Shown here: one piece after another, positions 5,620 through 5,832 of the stretch
Numbering within the stretch: the stretch's first letter is position 1
How the letters are laid out: each line of letters begins with the position of its first letter
Assembly (NCBI GenBank): GCA_023136205.1
Contig: JAGLRQ010000022.1
Coordinates: 1-5,832, forward strand
Reading direction: 5' to 3'
Origin: Candidatus Auribacterota bacterium
Lineage (GTDB): Bacteria; Auribacterota; UBA6266
Length of the DNA: 5,832 bases
Notes under the pieces: generated by a model
The model's database searches: none
What the model was told of the DNA's origin: nothing
Seen by the model: only the letters and a program-made list of their open reading frames with translations
Position numbers and translations under genes: made by a program

Positions 5620-5832
5620 TCAGATTTTGAGGTCTCCATGTTTTTTTATATGCTTAACAAGCCCGCCGTCCTCAAGTATTTTCCTCATAGCATCAGGCAA
5701 AGGCGGGAATTTAAGCTCCAGATTAGATGTAACATTTTTTACAATGCCGGTTGAAAGATCAACCTCAAGCTTATCTCCTTCTTTAATTTTATCTGTATCG
5801 CACATTATTACAGGAAGGCCTACATTAATGGC
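5620..5832 (-). CDS. Aconitase-family hydro-lyase small subunit, LeuD-type short form (3-isopropylmalate/homoaconitate/aconitate dehydratase small subunit), C-terminal 70 aa; 5' end lies beyond the window
   Basis: The reading frame stays open upstream of the track Met through to the window edge: AINVGLPVIMCDTDKIKEGDKLEVDLSTGIVKNVTSNLELKFPPLPDAMRKILEDGGLVKHIKKHGDLKI*. This closely parallels the C-terminus of archaeal-type LeuD/HacB (…RNAINVGLP…EGDELEV.LETGEI.N.TTGE…LPEFM.EILEAGGL..YLKK). The substrate-specificity loop sits in the N-terminal part, which is not in this window. Confidence 0.8.
   Translation of the reverse strand, partial: AINVGLPVIMCDTDKIKEGDKLEVDLSTGIVKNVTSNLELKFPPLPDAMRKILEDGGLVKHIKKHGDLKI

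Noticed and set aside
1-5832. Search for defence systems, toxin-antitoxin pairs, transposases, integrases, CRISPR repeats and tRNA/rRNA genes
   Set aside because: Apart from two gaps of 28 and 109 nt, the whole window is covered by recognisable metabolic genes. There are no tandem direct repeats with unique spacers, no cloverleaf-capable segments and no unassigned ORF of meaningful length.

Overview
The window is one co-directional, minus-strand block of central-metabolism genes from an AT-rich prokaryote, roughly 40% G+C by eye (not computed). Use of NfnAB and an Fe-S class I fumarase suggests an anaerobe. In transcription order (high to low coordinates) the genes are: the 3' end of a LeuD-type (archaeal-type short) hydro-lyase small subunit; NADP-type isocitrate dehydrogenase (icd); a 109-nt structured spacer; the two-subunit class I fumarate hydratase alpha and beta; the NfnA/NfnB-type electron-bifurcating transhydrogenase pair (SudB/SudA-like, PyrK-like plus GltD-like); and the 5' two-thirds of a phosphomannomutase/phosphoglucomutase. 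The last gene is missing from the supplied ORF track because it runs off the window edge. Genes are tightly packed, with an ATGA overlap, a 13-nt overlap and a probable 41-nt overlap, so this looks like a single operon. All five plus-strand ORFs in the track are antisense shadows of these genes. I found no tRNA, rRNA, CRISPR array, transposase, integrase, toxin-antitoxin or defence-like gene, and I do not think the window holds a novel protein-coding system. The one thing the genes do not explain is the icd-fumA spacer. It carries two inverted copies of a 25-nt hairpin unit (8-bp stem, 5-nt loop). The only differences between the copies are two compensatory base-pair swaps, and one copy overlaps the upstream candidate fumA start codon. 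This looks like a REP/MITE-like structured repeat family, but that needs genome-wide confirmation.
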